From contig CBDEGF010000003.1 of NCBI GenBank assembly GCA_965237685.1, positions 903,803 to 967,802 of the forward strand: a stretch of 64,000 nucleotides of DNA, read 5' to 3'. Positions 9,964-19,924 of this stretch are shown one piece after another. The translations under genes were made by a program, and so were the position numbers. Within the stretch, counting starts at the first letter, position 1. Each line of letters opens with the position of its first letter. The notes beneath the pieces were generated by a model that worked only from the letters and a program-made list of their open reading frames with translations, was not told where the DNA came from and ran no database searches. Source of the stretch: Candidatus Marinacidobacterales bacterium (lineage in GTDB: Bacteria; Acidobacteriota; Vicinamibacteria; Marinacidobacterales; SMYC01).

Positions 9964-10715
9964 CACCCGAAACGATAGAAAAGATGAACGCCATGAAGTT
10001 GTTCGGCTTGGTGTCCGCGTTCGAAACCCAGTTGAGCTCGAGCGAATACAAGGAGCTGAGCTTCGAGGAACGTGTGGGACTCCTGGTCGATGCCGAGTGG
10101 ACCGCCCGCGAACAGCGTAAGCTTTCTCGACGACTGCGAGCGGCAAAGCTCCGCTATCCGGCATGTTTGGAGAACGTGAACTTCCAAGCGCCTCGAGGCT
10201 TAAACCGCGAACAGATCTTGAGCCTGGGCAACTGCCGCTTTGTCGGTGAGCGCCATAACCTGCTCATCACCGGCCCGACGGGGATTGGCAAATCGTTCTT
10301 GGCTTGCGCCTTCGTGGAGCGGGCCTGTCGTCGCCGCTTCACCGGATGCTACGTGCGAGCACCGCGCTTGCTCCACGAGCTCGCGGTCGCTCGTGGTGAT
10401 GGTTCCTACGCCCGGCTTTTGACGAAACTCGCCAAGCTGGACTTACTGGCTATCGATGATTGGCTGCTTCACCCGCTGAAAGAATCGGAGAGACGGGATC
10501 TAATGGAGGTCATCGAAGACCGCGCCGAGCGTGGCTCCACACTCATCGCGACCCAGATTCCGCTCAAGCAGTGGCACGAAGCGATTGGCGACCCAAACCA
10601 GGCAGACGCTATCTGCGATCGCATTCTCCACAGCGCGCACCGCATCACTCTCAAAGGAGCTTCTCTGAGAAAGACCAAGGCTGCGCCAAAGGCATCTGAC
10701 AACGCCGATGCATGA
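9957..10715 (+). CDS. istB: IS21-family helper ATPase IstB
   Basis: MLTPETIEKMNAMKLFG...LITGPTGIGKSFLACA (Walker A)...LLAIDDW (Walker B); typical IstB length and position after istA. Confidence 0.85.
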   Translation: MLTPETIEKMNAMKLFGLVSAFETQLSSSEYKELSFEERVGLLVDAEWTAREQRKLSRRLRAAKLRYPACLENVNFQAPRGLNREQILSLGNCRFVGERHNLLITGPTGIGKSFLACAFVERACRRRFTGCYVRAPRLLHELAVARGDGSYARLLTKLAKLDLLAIDDWLLHPLKESERRDLMEVIEDRAERGSTLIATQIPLKQWHEAIGDPNQADAICDRILHSAHRITLKGASLRKTKAAPKASDNADA

Positions 10716-11109
10716 GCGAGCGAGGGACCACAGCGTCGATGCGATAAAAACGGGTGAAACCGCCAAACCCGGGGTACCAGACGATGCGGCGCCAAAACGA
10801 CGCGCGAGAATGCCTCAGGAAGCGTCTTCTCGAGCCAGGCCATACCCCAGCAACCCCCCGAAACCAGCCCCACATCGCCCGGGGTTCGGCCGCGGCAGGT
10901 CGCTGCCTACGGGAGCGGGAAGGTCGCTTCGCGTCTTTCCTTACGCCCGCTCCCTCCGGCACCGACCTGCCGCCCCTTGCTACACAACACGCAGGTAAGA
11001 TAGGTTCACGTTTTCAATCAGTGGAAAGGAAGGTCACCCAACACTTCATCGCTTCGATGAGCGTTCGGCTTCACCGGATTCGCTGTTCAGCTTGCTCTGG
11101 ATTCGGCGT

Positions 11110-11781
11110 TCACGATGGCTGGAATACGCAGTCGATCACCGGGGCCGGGCCCTCGGCTCTCGTGACGCCTTCCCGGCACTTCCCGCAGGCGTACTTCTCC
11201 AGATGGTACTCATGCTCGATGAAGTGCCCCGGCACGTACTCGAGCCTCCGTCGGACGTCTTTACCGAGAGGCTTCTTGAGTTTGCCGCATCGAGAGCAGC
11301 CCCGCTCCTCTTCAGGTATCTCGCGCAAGTGAACCTGGCGTTCGATCCCGTCCGTTCGGATTGTTTCGCGGCGCGGTTTGTTGCCCTTGCCTCGTGGCCG
11401 AGTCTTTTTCGCTTCTTCGATCTGCTGTTCCAGCTCCGCGTCTTCCCGAGCCTCGGTTTGTGGGTCGAGCTCCGGCTCCAGCTCTTCACCACCGCTTTGG
11501 CTCATCAGCTGCTCGAACATCAGCTGGAGCTGTCCGGGGTCCACCTTCTCGGAGCGCTTGCCTACTCGTTCCCTCTGAAGCTTCAACACCATCAGCTCCA
11601 GCTCTCTCGATTTGCGCAACACCGCATCCAGCGCCGAGACCAGCAGGTCGAACGCTTCCTCCGTCTTGCCCTCGCTTGCTAGACTTCGGGCCGAATCCCG
11701 AATCTGCCCCAGAGCGTTGGGCGCCCTCGTACTGCCAGCGCCCTCTCGGCGCGACTGGGTCGATTCGGAGCTCGTGTTCAC
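11110..11781 (-). pseudogene. tnpC: IS66 TnpC N-terminal fragment (leucine-zipper plus zinc-finger region), truncated by IS21 insertion
   Basis: MNTSSES...LLVSALDAVLRKSRELELMVLKLQRE...CSRCGKLKKPLGKDVRRRLEYVPGHFIEHEYHLEKYACGKC; lacks the DDE half. Confidence 0.7.
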
Positions 11782-12143
11782 TACTTACGCCTTTGACGCA
11801 GCTGTTTCGCTAGCCCCTTGCGATTCTGATTGCCCAACTGAGCCACCGCCTCTCGCATCTTCGACCAGGCCTCGACTCCACGACGAACTTCCCGTTCGTG
11901 GCTTCGCGGGATGTACAGCGATGTCGACCGACCCTCCTCGTTGCGAAACTTCAGGTACAGGTGGGGACCATGGAGACGATTCGGGTCGGTTCGGCACCCG
12001 CAGGCGGTTTTACCACAGCGAAACATGACCTCCGTAAGCGTGCCCGGTACAGCGTTCTCGCCGAGGGTTTGAAGCCGTTGCAGTAGTCGTGTCTTAGTCA
12101 TATATAGAAGATTAAGACTAATCGCAAAAAGCAAGAAAGTCAA
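11781..12143 (-). CDS. Small Cys/His-rich (zinc-ribbon-like) ORF between tnpB and tnpC of the IS66 element
   Basis: 120-aa ORF; CGKTACGCRTD...HGPH; stop overlaps the tnpC ATG; no family recognised. Confidence 0.35.
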   Translation of the reverse strand: MTFLLFAISLNLLYMTKTRLLQRLQTLGENAVPGTLTEVMFRCGKTACGCRTDPNRLHGPHLYLKFRNEEGRSTSLYIPRSHEREVRRGVEAWSKMREAVAQLGNQNRKGLAKQLRQRRK

Positions 12144-12178
12144 GTCCCTGCTGCGTTCTTGGGAAGAAAATCAGCCCT

Positions 12179-12565
12179 TCAACCGTGAAGGGCGACTCTC
12201 TTCTCCTCAGCTCGCTGATACCATCGCTTCCGGCGTCGAGCGCCACGAAGGTCCAACCCCTCCAGCATCAGTCCCAGCTCGCCAGAGTCCAACTCAACGT
12301 GCCTATCACCCGGACGCGGTGACGTCGGCAGTTCAAAGGTCCCTCGCTCCAGCCTCTTGTACAGCAAAACGTACCCCGTCCGATCCCAAGCGAGGATCTT
12401 CACACGATTCTGACGCCGATTCAGAAACACGAACAGATGACCGCTCAGGGGCGATTGACCGATCACACTCCGCGTCGCTGCAGCCAGCCCGTCAAAGCCG
12501 CGACGCAGGTCCATCGGCTCCGCCGCAACGTAGATCCTCACAGACGATGGGAGCATCCACATCAC
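12179..12565 (-). CDS. tnpB: IS66-family accessory protein TnpB (Orf2)
   Basis: [20 protein letters not shown]...[38 protein letters not shown] matches IS66 Orf2. Confidence 0.85.
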   Translation of the reverse strand: MMWMLPSSVRIYVAAEPMDLRRGFDGLAAATRSVIGQSPLSGHLFVFLNRRQNRVKILAWDRTGYVLLYKRLERGTFELPTSPRPGDRHVELDSGELGLMLEGLDLRGARRRKRWYQRAEEKRVALHG

Positions 12566-12927
12566 GCTCGACCTTCTAGAACTTCGAGCACCCGACCCAG
12601 CTCCTCAGATGAGAACCCCTCACGCACTCGTACGCGCCTGCCGTCCAACAACACCACCTCGATCGCGTCCCTCTCGCCTCCTCGCTCGCCTTCTCGCTCG
12701 CCTCCCACCAGGCGAACCGGATGAAACCGTACACTCCCCCTCGACCCGCCTTGCAGTCGCTCCGACCACCGAACCAGCCGCTGGGAGGTCAACCCGTACT
12801 CCCTGGCGAACTCCGAGACACGCTTCCCACTACGCTGCCATGACGACACAACATTCCGCGCATCCGCCTCTGCCCAGCGCCGCTTCCCTATCACTTTCGA
12901 TATCCCCGCTGTCCTTCGCTTCGACAT
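12562..12927 (-). CDS. tnpA: IS66-family TnpA (Orf1)
   Basis: [59 protein letters not shown]; stop overlaps tnpB start. Confidence 0.7.
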   Translation of the reverse strand: MSKRRTAGISKVIGKRRWAEADARNVVSSWQRSGKRVSEFAREYGLTSQRLVRWSERLQGGSRGSVRFHPVRLVGGEREGERGGERDAIEVVLLDGRRVRVREGFSSEELGRVLEVLEGRA

Positions 12928-13017
12928 CTCTTGCCTCCTTCGTCCCCCGCCTCCAGTGGCGAGCACACAAAGGATGCCTCGGGAGCGACGTATCGGGAAC
13001 ATGGTGGGAGCGGACGC

Positions 13018-13354
13018 TTACGGCGCGAGCGCCGATACCATCTTTGGCCTCCAGCGGAGGCGAATCCACTGCAGGATATCGTGGGTAAGGGCGACCCACT
13101 GAGATTCAGTGCGTACTTTGGCAATTCTGCGCACGCTAAACTGCCGCAGGCCAAACTTGGCTTTGATCCAGAGATTCGGGAACTCGGCCACTTGCGAGCG
13201 TGTCTTATAGATGGCCTTGGTTTCGTCGGTCTGCATCTTCTGCCGGAACGCGGCTATGTCGGGCAAGAGTTCGCGCCGCTCGATCGAGCGGCCGTGCCGC
13301 GTACGAGGACAGCACTGATCTTTGGCCGGACACGTCTGGCAGTCTTGCTCCGAC
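13018..13354 (-). pseudogene. IS1182-family transposase, C-terminal fragment (split by IS256 insertion)
   Basis: Reverse-complement reading ..SEQDCQTCPAKDQCCPRTRHGRSIERRELLPDIAAFRQKMQTDETKAIYKTRSQVAEFPNLWIKAKFGLRQFSVRRIAKVRTESQWVALTHDILQ..; continues the frame of fragment 14815-16097 across the IS256. Confidence 0.7.
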
Positions 13355-14814
13355 GGGGATGTCCCGCCGGATGTTGAATTTTGGGTAGCGGCGGCTCCTT
13401 GGCCGGCCTAAGAATAGGTCTGCCAATAAACCGTCTCCAGAGGGGGACAAGGAGCCACCAATGCCTAGGAAATCAAAGAAGCCAGTAAGAAAGCAAACGC
13501 ACTCGCCTACGGGCAAGGTAGTTGGCCAAGTCGGTCAGATACTGCTACCGATGATAGCTGGGATCGCGGCCACGAAGGCGGACCTGACGGAATGGGTGTA
13601 CGAGCAAGGACTGACAGCTCTGCACCTACTGCTCAGAGAGGACGCCGAGGAGATCGCGGGGCTCAAGGGCAAGCACGAGAAGGAGCGAACTCATAACCAC
13701 TGGGGGAGCACGAACGGAGAGCTGAGCTTCGGTGGTCGTCGCATCCAAGTGTCGCGACCTCGAGTTCGCTCGAAGTCGGGCGAGGAGGCGTCGCTTCCAC
13801 ACTTCGAAGCCTTCCGCGAAGAAGACCCGCTTCCAGAGCGAGTGTTGAATCAGATCTTGGTGGGGGTATCGACCCGAAATTACGGATCGAGTCTGGACAA
13901 ACCCGCGGCCAAGTTGAAGTCTCGTGGCACGAGTAAGAGTGCCGCCAGCCGTCACCTCGTGAGCCAGACGACTAAGAAGCTTGGGGAATACCTGTCTCGG
14001 CGGCTAGAGGAGTTCGAGCTTGCGGCACTGATGATGGATGGCCTTGAGGTGGCCGGACAGACCGTCGTCGTAAGTCTCGGTATCACAATAGATGGAACGA
14101 AGGTGCCCATGGGTATATGGCTGGGCTCGACGGAGAACTCTCGGGTGTGCACCGCGATGTTGCAGGACCTTCTCGAGCGAGGCTTGCGCGTCGATGAGTC
14201 GATTCTCTGCGTAGTGGACGGAGGCAAAGGCATCCGCAAGGCACTCGTCGACGTTTTGGGGGATCTCGCGGTCATCCAAAGGTGCCAGATCCATAAACTC
14301 CGAAATCTCCGCTCGTACCTTCCCAAGTCTCGTCACGCCTACGTGCTCCAGACGATGAAGGAAGCCTACAAGTGCAAGAGTGCCGACAAGGCGCGCAAGC
14401 GACTTCAGGCATTGGTGTCTTGGCTCGAGCGAAACGGCTACGACGAAGCTGCCGGAAGCCTTCGTGAAGGGATGGAAGAGACACTCACGGTCGTGAAACT
14501 CGCGCTGCCCGCCTTACTTCGCCAGTCTCTTGCCACGACGAACGCCATTGAGAATCTCAACGGAACCATTCGCAGAGTATCGAGAAACGTCAAGCGTTGG
14601 AAGAGTCTTTCCATGGTTTGCCGATGGACCGCTCTCGGCGTCGTCACCGCGCAGAAAAAGTTCCGGCGTATCAAAGGCTATCGCCATATGGGCGCTCTCG
14701 TTCACGCGCTTAGAAGCAAACAGAAATCTCTTGACAGCGATGAGTTTGCTGCCTAAGAGTATTCACAGGTGCCGCCGCTACCCAACCAAATTCAACAGCG
14801 GCCGGGACATCCCC
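13355..14814 (+). mobile_element. IS256-family insertion sequence with ~45-bp imperfect terminal IRs and 9-bp target duplication TGCTCCGAC
   Basis: Left end ggggatgtcccgccggatgttgaattttgggtagcggcggc; right end gccgccgctacccaaccaaattcaacagcggccgggacatcccc. Direct repeat tgctccgac at 13346-13354 and 14815-14823. Removing the element rejoins the IS1182 frame (YKASEQ|DCQTCP). Confidence 0.8.
13461..14756 (+). CDS. IS256-family (mutator-type) transposase
   Basis: 431 aa; IS256/Mutator-type DDE transposase architecture. Confidence 0.8.
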   Translation: MPRKSKKPVRKQTHSPTGKVVGQVGQILLPMIAGIAATKADLTEWVYEQGLTALHLLLREDAEEIAGLKGKHEKERTHNHWGSTNGELSFGGRRIQVSRPRVRSKSGEEASLPHFEAFREEDPLPERVLNQILVGVSTRNYGSSLDKPAAKLKSRGTSKSAASRHLVSQTTKKLGEYLSRRLEEFELAALMMDGLEVAGQTVVVSLGITIDGTKVPMGIWLGSTENSRVCTAMLQDLLERGLRVDESILCVVDGGKGIRKALVDVLGDLAVIQRCQIHKLRNLRSYLPKSRHAYVLQTMKEAYKCKSADKARKRLQALVSWLERNGYDEAAGSLREGMEETLTVVKLALPALLRQSLATTNAIENLNGTIRRVSRNVKRWKSLSMVCRWTALGVVTAQKKFRRIKGYRHMGALVHALRSKQKSLDSDEFAA

Positions 14815-16097
14815 TGCTCCGACGCCTTGTATCGATAGCACATCGTGCCATGGCTTTCCTGCTTGGCGTCGTAGCGTAAGTGCTTGCCCTGCGGGCACAC
14901 ATACGTGTTGGTCTCCGTATCGAAGACAAACTTCGACGCCTCGTATTCCGGACTCACGCCGTGGTGCTTATACGACTTGCGCCGATTAGCCTCTGCTGCC
15001 TTGTTCTCGGATTGGGGACCGACGAAATCGATGTCGCGCTTCGCCATCTCCGTGATGTTGTTGCTACTGATGTAGCCCCCATCTACGACCATCTGCTCGG
15101 GCGCGCGGTGCATGCTCTGCTCAAGCCGTTGTATGGCGGGCGTCAGCTGCTGATAATCGCTGCCGGCCTGCGTGGCATCGATGTCGACAATCAGGCCGTG
15201 CGCGGCATCCGTTGAGACCTGGACGTTGTAGCTAGGTGCGGAGCCGCCCTCGGCTTGTTTCATCACCCGCGCGTCGGGATCGGTCGTGCTCACGCGTTTT
15301 ACGCGGCTTTTGGCGGCTTCCAGCTTGTCGTACTCCTTCAACGCTGATTCTAGACGCTCCTGTCTCTCTCGCCTGGCGCGTTGCTGTGCTGCCTGCATCT
15401 GCCGGCTCGATTCCTCCTCCGTCTGTGCTTCGAGAGCCTCGACCGCCTCACGCGCATCCTTCAGATACGCCTCCACACGAGGCTTGCTGCGAAATCCACT
15501 CGACGAAGCATTCGCGCGCACCTTCGTCCCATCCAGCATGACTCGCTCGAGCGTGATCAATCCGTCTGCACTCAGAAGCCCCAAAGTTTGCACAAACAAC
15601 TCGTGTAGGGCCTCCGAATGGGTCACCCGAAAGTCCGATAGCGTGTGCGCACTGATGCTCTGCATTCCGGTGAGCCATTGATAAGCCGGATGATGCTCGC
15701 ACAGCCGCTCAATGGCGCGGGCCGAACTCACGGACTGGCTGTAGCTGTAGACCCACAGGCTCACCAGTAGCTGCGGATCGAACGCGGGCCGGCCTGCGCC
15801 ACCCGCGACGGAGCGGATCTGCTCCGTGTACCCGCTGAGATCCAGCCAACCCACGAACTCCCAGATCGCACGCGCTGGGTCATCCTCTGGGATCAATCGC
15901 TCCACGTCCACCGTCCGCAGCAGCAGCTGCGCGCGATCGACCACCTTCAACCGAGCCTGTGTCGCGCGTTCTCCCTCATCGCCGTCATCACCATCGTTCC
16001 GTTTTCGCGGACTCGGAAAGCCGGGAAGCGACGTTTGGTTATCACCCACGTCTACCCCGCTTTCTCCCTCGCTTCGCCTTTGGCGTCCGACGCACAA
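14815..16097 (-). pseudogene. IS1182-family transposase, N-terminal ~430 aa (TTG start), interrupted by the IS256 element
   Basis: RLIPEDDPARAIWEFVGWLDLSG...GRPAFDPQLLVSLWVYSYSQSVSSARAIERLCEHHPAYQWLTG...TLSDFR.. DDE block; ends YRYKASEQ + IR-encoded residues + stop. Confidence 0.7.
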
Positions 16098-16245
16098 TCA
16101 GGGTGTTTCGATCCTCCACCACCCACTCCAGCTCCTCGCCCTGCTCCATCTCTAGCGCCTGCGCTAAAGGCGACGGGCAAATCACATAGCACTGACGGGT
16201 GTCGTTGGCTCGTTTGATCACCTGCAGCTTCGTTACGTATCCCAT
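16042..16245 (-). CDS. AbrB/MazE/SpoVT-like small DNA-binding protein (putative orphan antitoxin); partner toxin position occupied by IS1182
   Basis: MGYVTKLQVIKRANDTRQCYVICPSPLAQALEMEQGEELEWVVEDRNTLIVRR fits the swapped-hairpin AbrB pattern; basic tail KAKRGRKRGRRG. Confidence 0.45.
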   Translation of the reverse strand: MGYVTKLQVIKRANDTRQCYVICPSPLAQALEMEQGEELEWVVEDRNTLIVRRTPKAKRGRKRGRRG

Positions 16246-16322
16246 ACTCGCAATTCTATAACATAGCGGTACCGCTAGTCAATAACTAATTTTTCTCACG
16301 TCCAGAGATGGTTGGAACGGCA

Positions 16323-16759
16323 CTAGGAGAGCGCCTCGTCCGGGATCGTCTTGAATCCCAGCGCGATGCCGTTGTCCCGCACTCTCCGATCCAGCGTGAC
16401 GATATGTAGATCGGGGACGAGACTTCGAGCGAGGAGCACCGTAGAGAGGTGGAGCGCGTCCAGCGTTCGAATGGGCTCCACGGGAAACGGCCGCCTTGCG
16501 CGCTCGACAACCTCACTATCGAGCCGGAAGACGACCCAATGAGCCGCTGCTCGACTGAGTGTTGCTCGTCGGCCCGCGGCCTCCGCCTCCGTCAGTCGCC
16601 ACTGAAGGTGGCGCGGTGGAGCACGCGATCACACTCCACCAGAGTCAGGTCCGATGCGATGACAAGCTCTGCGCCAGCCAGGCCCGACTGAACGGATTGA
16701 GCGTGGGGCGCGCCGAAGAGCCAGGCAAGCACCGAGCTCGACTCGGCGTAGACGTTCAC
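16323..16759 (-). pseudogene. vapC: PIN-domain toxin VapC, frameshifted
   Basis: Manual translation: VNVYAESSSVLAWLFGAPHAQ...LVECDRVLHRATFSGD* in one frame, then ...RRATLSRAAAHWVVFRLDSEVVERARRPFPVEPIRTLDALHLSTVLLARSLVPDLHIVTLDRRVRDNGIALGFKTIP.. in another (shift near 16590-16620); start overlaps the antitoxin stop. Confidence 0.6.
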
Positions 16760-17043
16760 CGCCCTCCGCGCTCTTCGGCGAGCAGCTTCTCGGCGGTCTC
16801 CGGTGTCGCGACGGGAGACATCGTGGGGTAGAGGTCCGGACGATTCGGAGCACCGACCGTTGCATTCCCTCGACGCGCGAGGGTCTCGAGGACTGGGTCC
16901 GCGTGGTCGATTGGAGTCGTTCCGGGTGGTCTGAGCTCCGCCACGAGAACGCCGCGGTCGGTGACGAGGACCACTTCCCCGTTTCGAACCAGATGCAGGT
17001 ACTCACTTAGTCGGTTCTTGAGCTCCCGAATGCCGACGGCCTT
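16756..17043 (-). CDS. Phd/YefM-family antitoxin
   Basis: MKAVGIRELKNRLSEYLHLVRNGEVVLVTDRGVLVAELRP. Confidence 0.75.
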   Translation of the reverse strand, partial: KAVGIRELKNRLSEYLHLVRNGEVVLVTDRGVLVAELRPPGTTPIDHADPVLETLARRGNATVGAPNRPDLYPTMSPVATPETAEKLLAEERGGR

Positions 17044-17182
17044 CATAACGACCAATGTAGCCTCATGTGGCTACATTGTCAAGATGGCCGGTCAGCGCGG
17101 CTCAGCAGCTCGATTGCCCTTCTGTGACCACGGCCCGCCTCGAGCGTGATAGCCTCGCCTCCTTCGAGGAAGGAGGCCAACG

Positions 17183-18868
17183 ATGGGACGCTACGCATAC
17201 CCGATCCTCACGGTCGCATTCGCGGCCGGAGCTGTGACATGTCAGGCGCCACCCGATGAAAATTCGGACGCCGAAAGCCGGCTCGCCGCTTTCACTGACG
17301 ACTTCGTCGCGCGGGAGGAGTCGGAGCGCGCCAGCGATCTGAGCGCGGCCTCGTTCGCGAGCGAGCTGGAGGAGACCCGGCGGCTCCTCGAGCAGTTGCG
17401 GGAGATCGATCCCACCGAGCTTTCGACCGACGACCGGATCGACGGACGCTTCGCCGAGAGCATCCTCCGCGGGCGCGAGATCGAGCAGGCCGAAATCCAG
17501 CCCTGGAAGAAGGACCCCCGAGCCTACATGAGGTTTCGCCCCATTCCGCAAACCATCGGAAGGCCCGGCGACATGTCCGAGAAGGCCGACGAGCTTCTGC
17601 GTCTTCTGAGAGCCGTTCCGGCACAGCTCGAGAACGGCCAGAAGAACCTCTCCGTTTACATCCCGCGATTTCAGGAGCTGAGTGTCTTCATGGCCGAAGG
17701 GGCCTTCGGCTTGTTCGATAACGAGGTCCCTCGTTTCGCCTCGGACGTGCCCGACCACGAGGAGGCGCTCCTCGCGGCCAACGCGGAATCCCGGGACGCA
17801 CTGGAGAGGTTCGTCGACTTTCTGAAGGACGAGCTTCCCAAGCGAGAGGAGGGACACTGGGCCATCGGCGCCGAAACTTATGACCAGATATTGAAGGATC
17901 AGTTCATGCTGCCCTATGATTCGGACGCACTCTTCGAGTACGGGATGCAGGAGTTCAGTCGCACGACGAAAGAGATGGAAGAGGTCGCGGAGCGAATCGA
18001 TCCGTCGAAGACCTGGCAGGAGCTCGCCGTCGAGATCAAGAACGACTACCCGGAGCCCAACGAAATGATCGAGGCCCACCAGGAGTGGGTCGACAAGGCG
18101 AAGGCGCACATTCTTGCCAAGGACCTGGTGCCGATCCCGTGGAACGAGCGAGCCGATGTCGTGCCCCGCGCCGAGTACCTGCGCAGGACGTCGTACTACG
18201 GCAACTTCTCTCGAGCGCGGGGGGCGGACGAGAACGGCGTCTTCGTCGCGCAGTGGATGATCAACCCCTTCGAGGACCAGTGGGACGAAAAGACGAAACA
18301 GGAATATCTGGTCGAGCACGACTACGGCGTCATCATCGTCACCGCACCCCACGAGACCTACTCCGGACATCACATCCAGGGCCTCTACCAGATGCACAAC
18401 CCGAGCAAACTTCGTCGCGAGTTCGGGACTCCCATCTTCAGCGAGGGCTGGGGACTCTACAACGAGCAGCTGCTGCGGGAGACCGGCTTTTTCCCCGACG
18501 ATCGGATCGTGCTGCGACACCTCCAACTGCGCCTCTGGCGGAACGCGCGTGTCGTGTGGGACGTGGGCATCCATACCGGCAAGATGACCTACGAGGACGC
18601 CGTATCCCTTCTGGCCGACCAGGTGGGGTTTCTGCGCTGGGCCGCTCAGCTCGAAATCGATGGTTCGACCCAGCGCCCGGGCTACCGCATCGGCTACTTC
18701 ATGGGCATGTCGGAGATTCTGAAGATGCGGGATGAGCTCAAAGAGCGACGGGGTGATCGCTTCAGCCTCAGCGATTTCCACGAGAGACTCTTGAAAGTGG
18801 GCAACATGCCTCCCGCCCTCATGAGAGAGGGGTTGATGGCTTCGCTGGGCCCGGAGGAAGAGAGTTGA
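17183..18868 (+). CDS. DUF885-family protein (putative lipoprotein or metallopeptidase-like)
   Basis: 561 aa; N-terminal signal peptide; conserved HETYSGHH block characteristic of DUF885. Confidence 0.7.
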   Translation: MGRYAYPILTVAFAAGAVTCQAPPDENSDAESRLAAFTDDFVAREESERASDLSAASFASELEETRRLLEQLREIDPTELSTDDRIDGRFAESILRGREIEQAEIQPWKKDPRAYMRFRPIPQTIGRPGDMSEKADELLRLLRAVPAQLENGQKNLSVYIPRFQELSVFMAEGAFGLFDNEVPRFASDVPDHEEALLAANAESRDALERFVDFLKDELPKREEGHWAIGAETYDQILKDQFMLPYDSDALFEYGMQEFSRTTKEMEEVAERIDPSKTWQELAVEIKNDYPEPNEMIEAHQEWVDKAKAHILAKDLVPIPWNERADVVPRAEYLRRTSYYGNFSRARGADENGVFVAQWMINPFEDQWDEKTKQEYLVEHDYGVIIVTAPHETYSGHHIQGLYQMHNPSKLRREFGTPIFSEGWGLYNEQLLRETGFFPDDRIVLRHLQLRLWRNARVVWDVGIHTGKMTYEDAVSLLADQVGFLRWAAQLEIDGSTQRPGYRIGYFMGMSEILKMRDELKERRGDRFSLSDFHERLLKVGNMPPALMREGLMASLGPEEES

Positions 18869-19923
18869 ACCACGGACACATCGGCTTTGGCCTGGTGGGA
18901 ACCGGAATGGCGGGAGGCTTCCACGCCAGGGAGCTTCGATTTGTGGAGGGTGCGGAGCTCGTCGGCGTCTGCTCGCGGAACGAGGAGAACGTCCGGCGTT
19001 TCGCCCGTGAGCACGGGGTAAGAAGCTGGTCGACGGACTACCGAGAGCTTCTCGACAACGACGATGTCGACGTCGTCTGCGTGCTGGCCCCCACCGGAGT
19101 GCACCGCGAGATCACGATCGCGGCCTCCGAGGCAGGAAAGCACGTTCTCGTCGAGAAACCTCTGGAGACCACTCTCGCGAAGGCCGACGAGATGATCCGG
19201 GTGTGCCGTAACAACGGCACGAAGCTGGGAGTCGTTTTTCAAATGCGTTTCGGCTCGGTCGCGGCCCGGTTGAAGAAGCTCGTCGATTCCGGCGCGATGG
19301 GCAGGATCTATCTGGCCGACGCTATCGACAAATCCTCTCGCACGCCTGCCTACTACGCTTCCGCGGAGTGGAGGGGGACCATGGAGCTCGAAGGAGGCGG
19401 GTGCCTGATGACCCAGTCGATTCACATCATCGACCTCCTCCAGCACCTCGTCGGGCCGGTGCGATCGGTCATCGGGCGGGTCGCAACAAAGAGGCACAGG
19501 ATCCAGGTCGAGGACACCGCCACGGCTCTGGTGAGCTTCGAAAACGGTGCTATGGGCACCATCGAGAGCACGACGTCGGTTCAGCCGGCGCTCAAATCGC
19601 GGCTCGAGATCCACGGCGAGAACGGTAGCGTCGTCGCCAACGCGCAGTACGACAAGATTCTGCTCTGGGACGTGAAGGACTACCCTCACGAAGATGTCGA
19701 GCCGCCGTCCGATCTCACCGACATCGACGATCCCTGGACGTACCCGCAAACGCGGCATCGCGTGCAGCTGCAGGACATGGTCGATGCGATTCGAGACGAC
19801 CGGGATCCGGTGCTCACCGGCGAGGATGCTCGGGTCTCGCTCGCCATCGTCTCCGCGATCTACGAGTCGTCCCGCACCGGCAAGGAGCTCTTCCTGGAAA
19901 AGCTGAAGCCGCAGCCCGCTTGA
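18865..19923 (+). CDS. Gfo/Idh/MocA-family NAD(P)-dependent oxidoreductase
   Basis: IGFGLVGTGMAGGFHA Rossmann N-terminus; GFM C-terminal domain; start overlaps the upstream stop. Confidence 0.85.
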   Translation: MNHGHIGFGLVGTGMAGGFHARELRFVEGAELVGVCSRNEENVRRFAREHGVRSWSTDYRELLDNDDVDVVCVLAPTGVHREITIAASEAGKHVLVEKPLETTLAKADEMIRVCRNNGTKLGVVFQMRFGSVAARLKKLVDSGAMGRIYLADAIDKSSRTPAYYASAEWRGTMELEGGGCLMTQSIHIIDLLQHLVGPVRSVIGRVATKRHRIQVEDTATALVSFENGAMGTIESTTSVQPALKSRLEIHGENGSVVANAQYDKILLWDVKDYPHEDVEPPSDLTDIDDPWTYPQTRHRVQLQDMVDAIRDDRDPVLTGEDARVSLAIVSAIYESSRTGKELFLEKLKPQPA

Positions 19924-19924
19924 G

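Larger units (their letters stand above)
8885..11125 (+). mobile_element. IS21-family element, 5'-truncated copy (istA start and left end missing), right end with multiple terminal repeats
   Basis: Nucleotide identity with the second copy (63.1 kb) begins near 8890 (tacgcggagaataagccgggagcgtacgg). Right end at 11040-11125 carries cgatgagcgttcg plus ttcaccggattcg/ggattcggcgttcacg repeats, inverted relative to the left-end repeats of copy 2. Confidence 0.75.
11110..13009 (-). mobile_element. IS66-family element (copy 1), truncated; tnpA-tnpB-extra ORF-tnpC N-terminus, interrupted by the IS21 right end
   Basis: Gene order on the minus strand; IS66-like terminal GTAAGCG (cgcttac on the plus strand at 13003-13009); tnpC ORF ends exactly where the IS21 terminal repeats begin. 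Confidence 0.65.

Noticed and set aside
10716-11040. Possible passenger gene in the unusually long (~330 bp) spacer between istB and the IS21 right end (ORF 10754-11332)
   Set aside because: Translation is low-complexity (Pro/Arg/Ala-rich) with no start context; more likely non-coding IS end sequence.
16042-16245. AbrB-like ORF as an N-terminal domain of the IS1182 transposase joined by programmed frameshift
   Set aside because: IS1182 transposases are single-ORF and begin near the LIPEDDP block. The AbrB-like ORF reads better as a chromosomal antitoxin whose partner was displaced.
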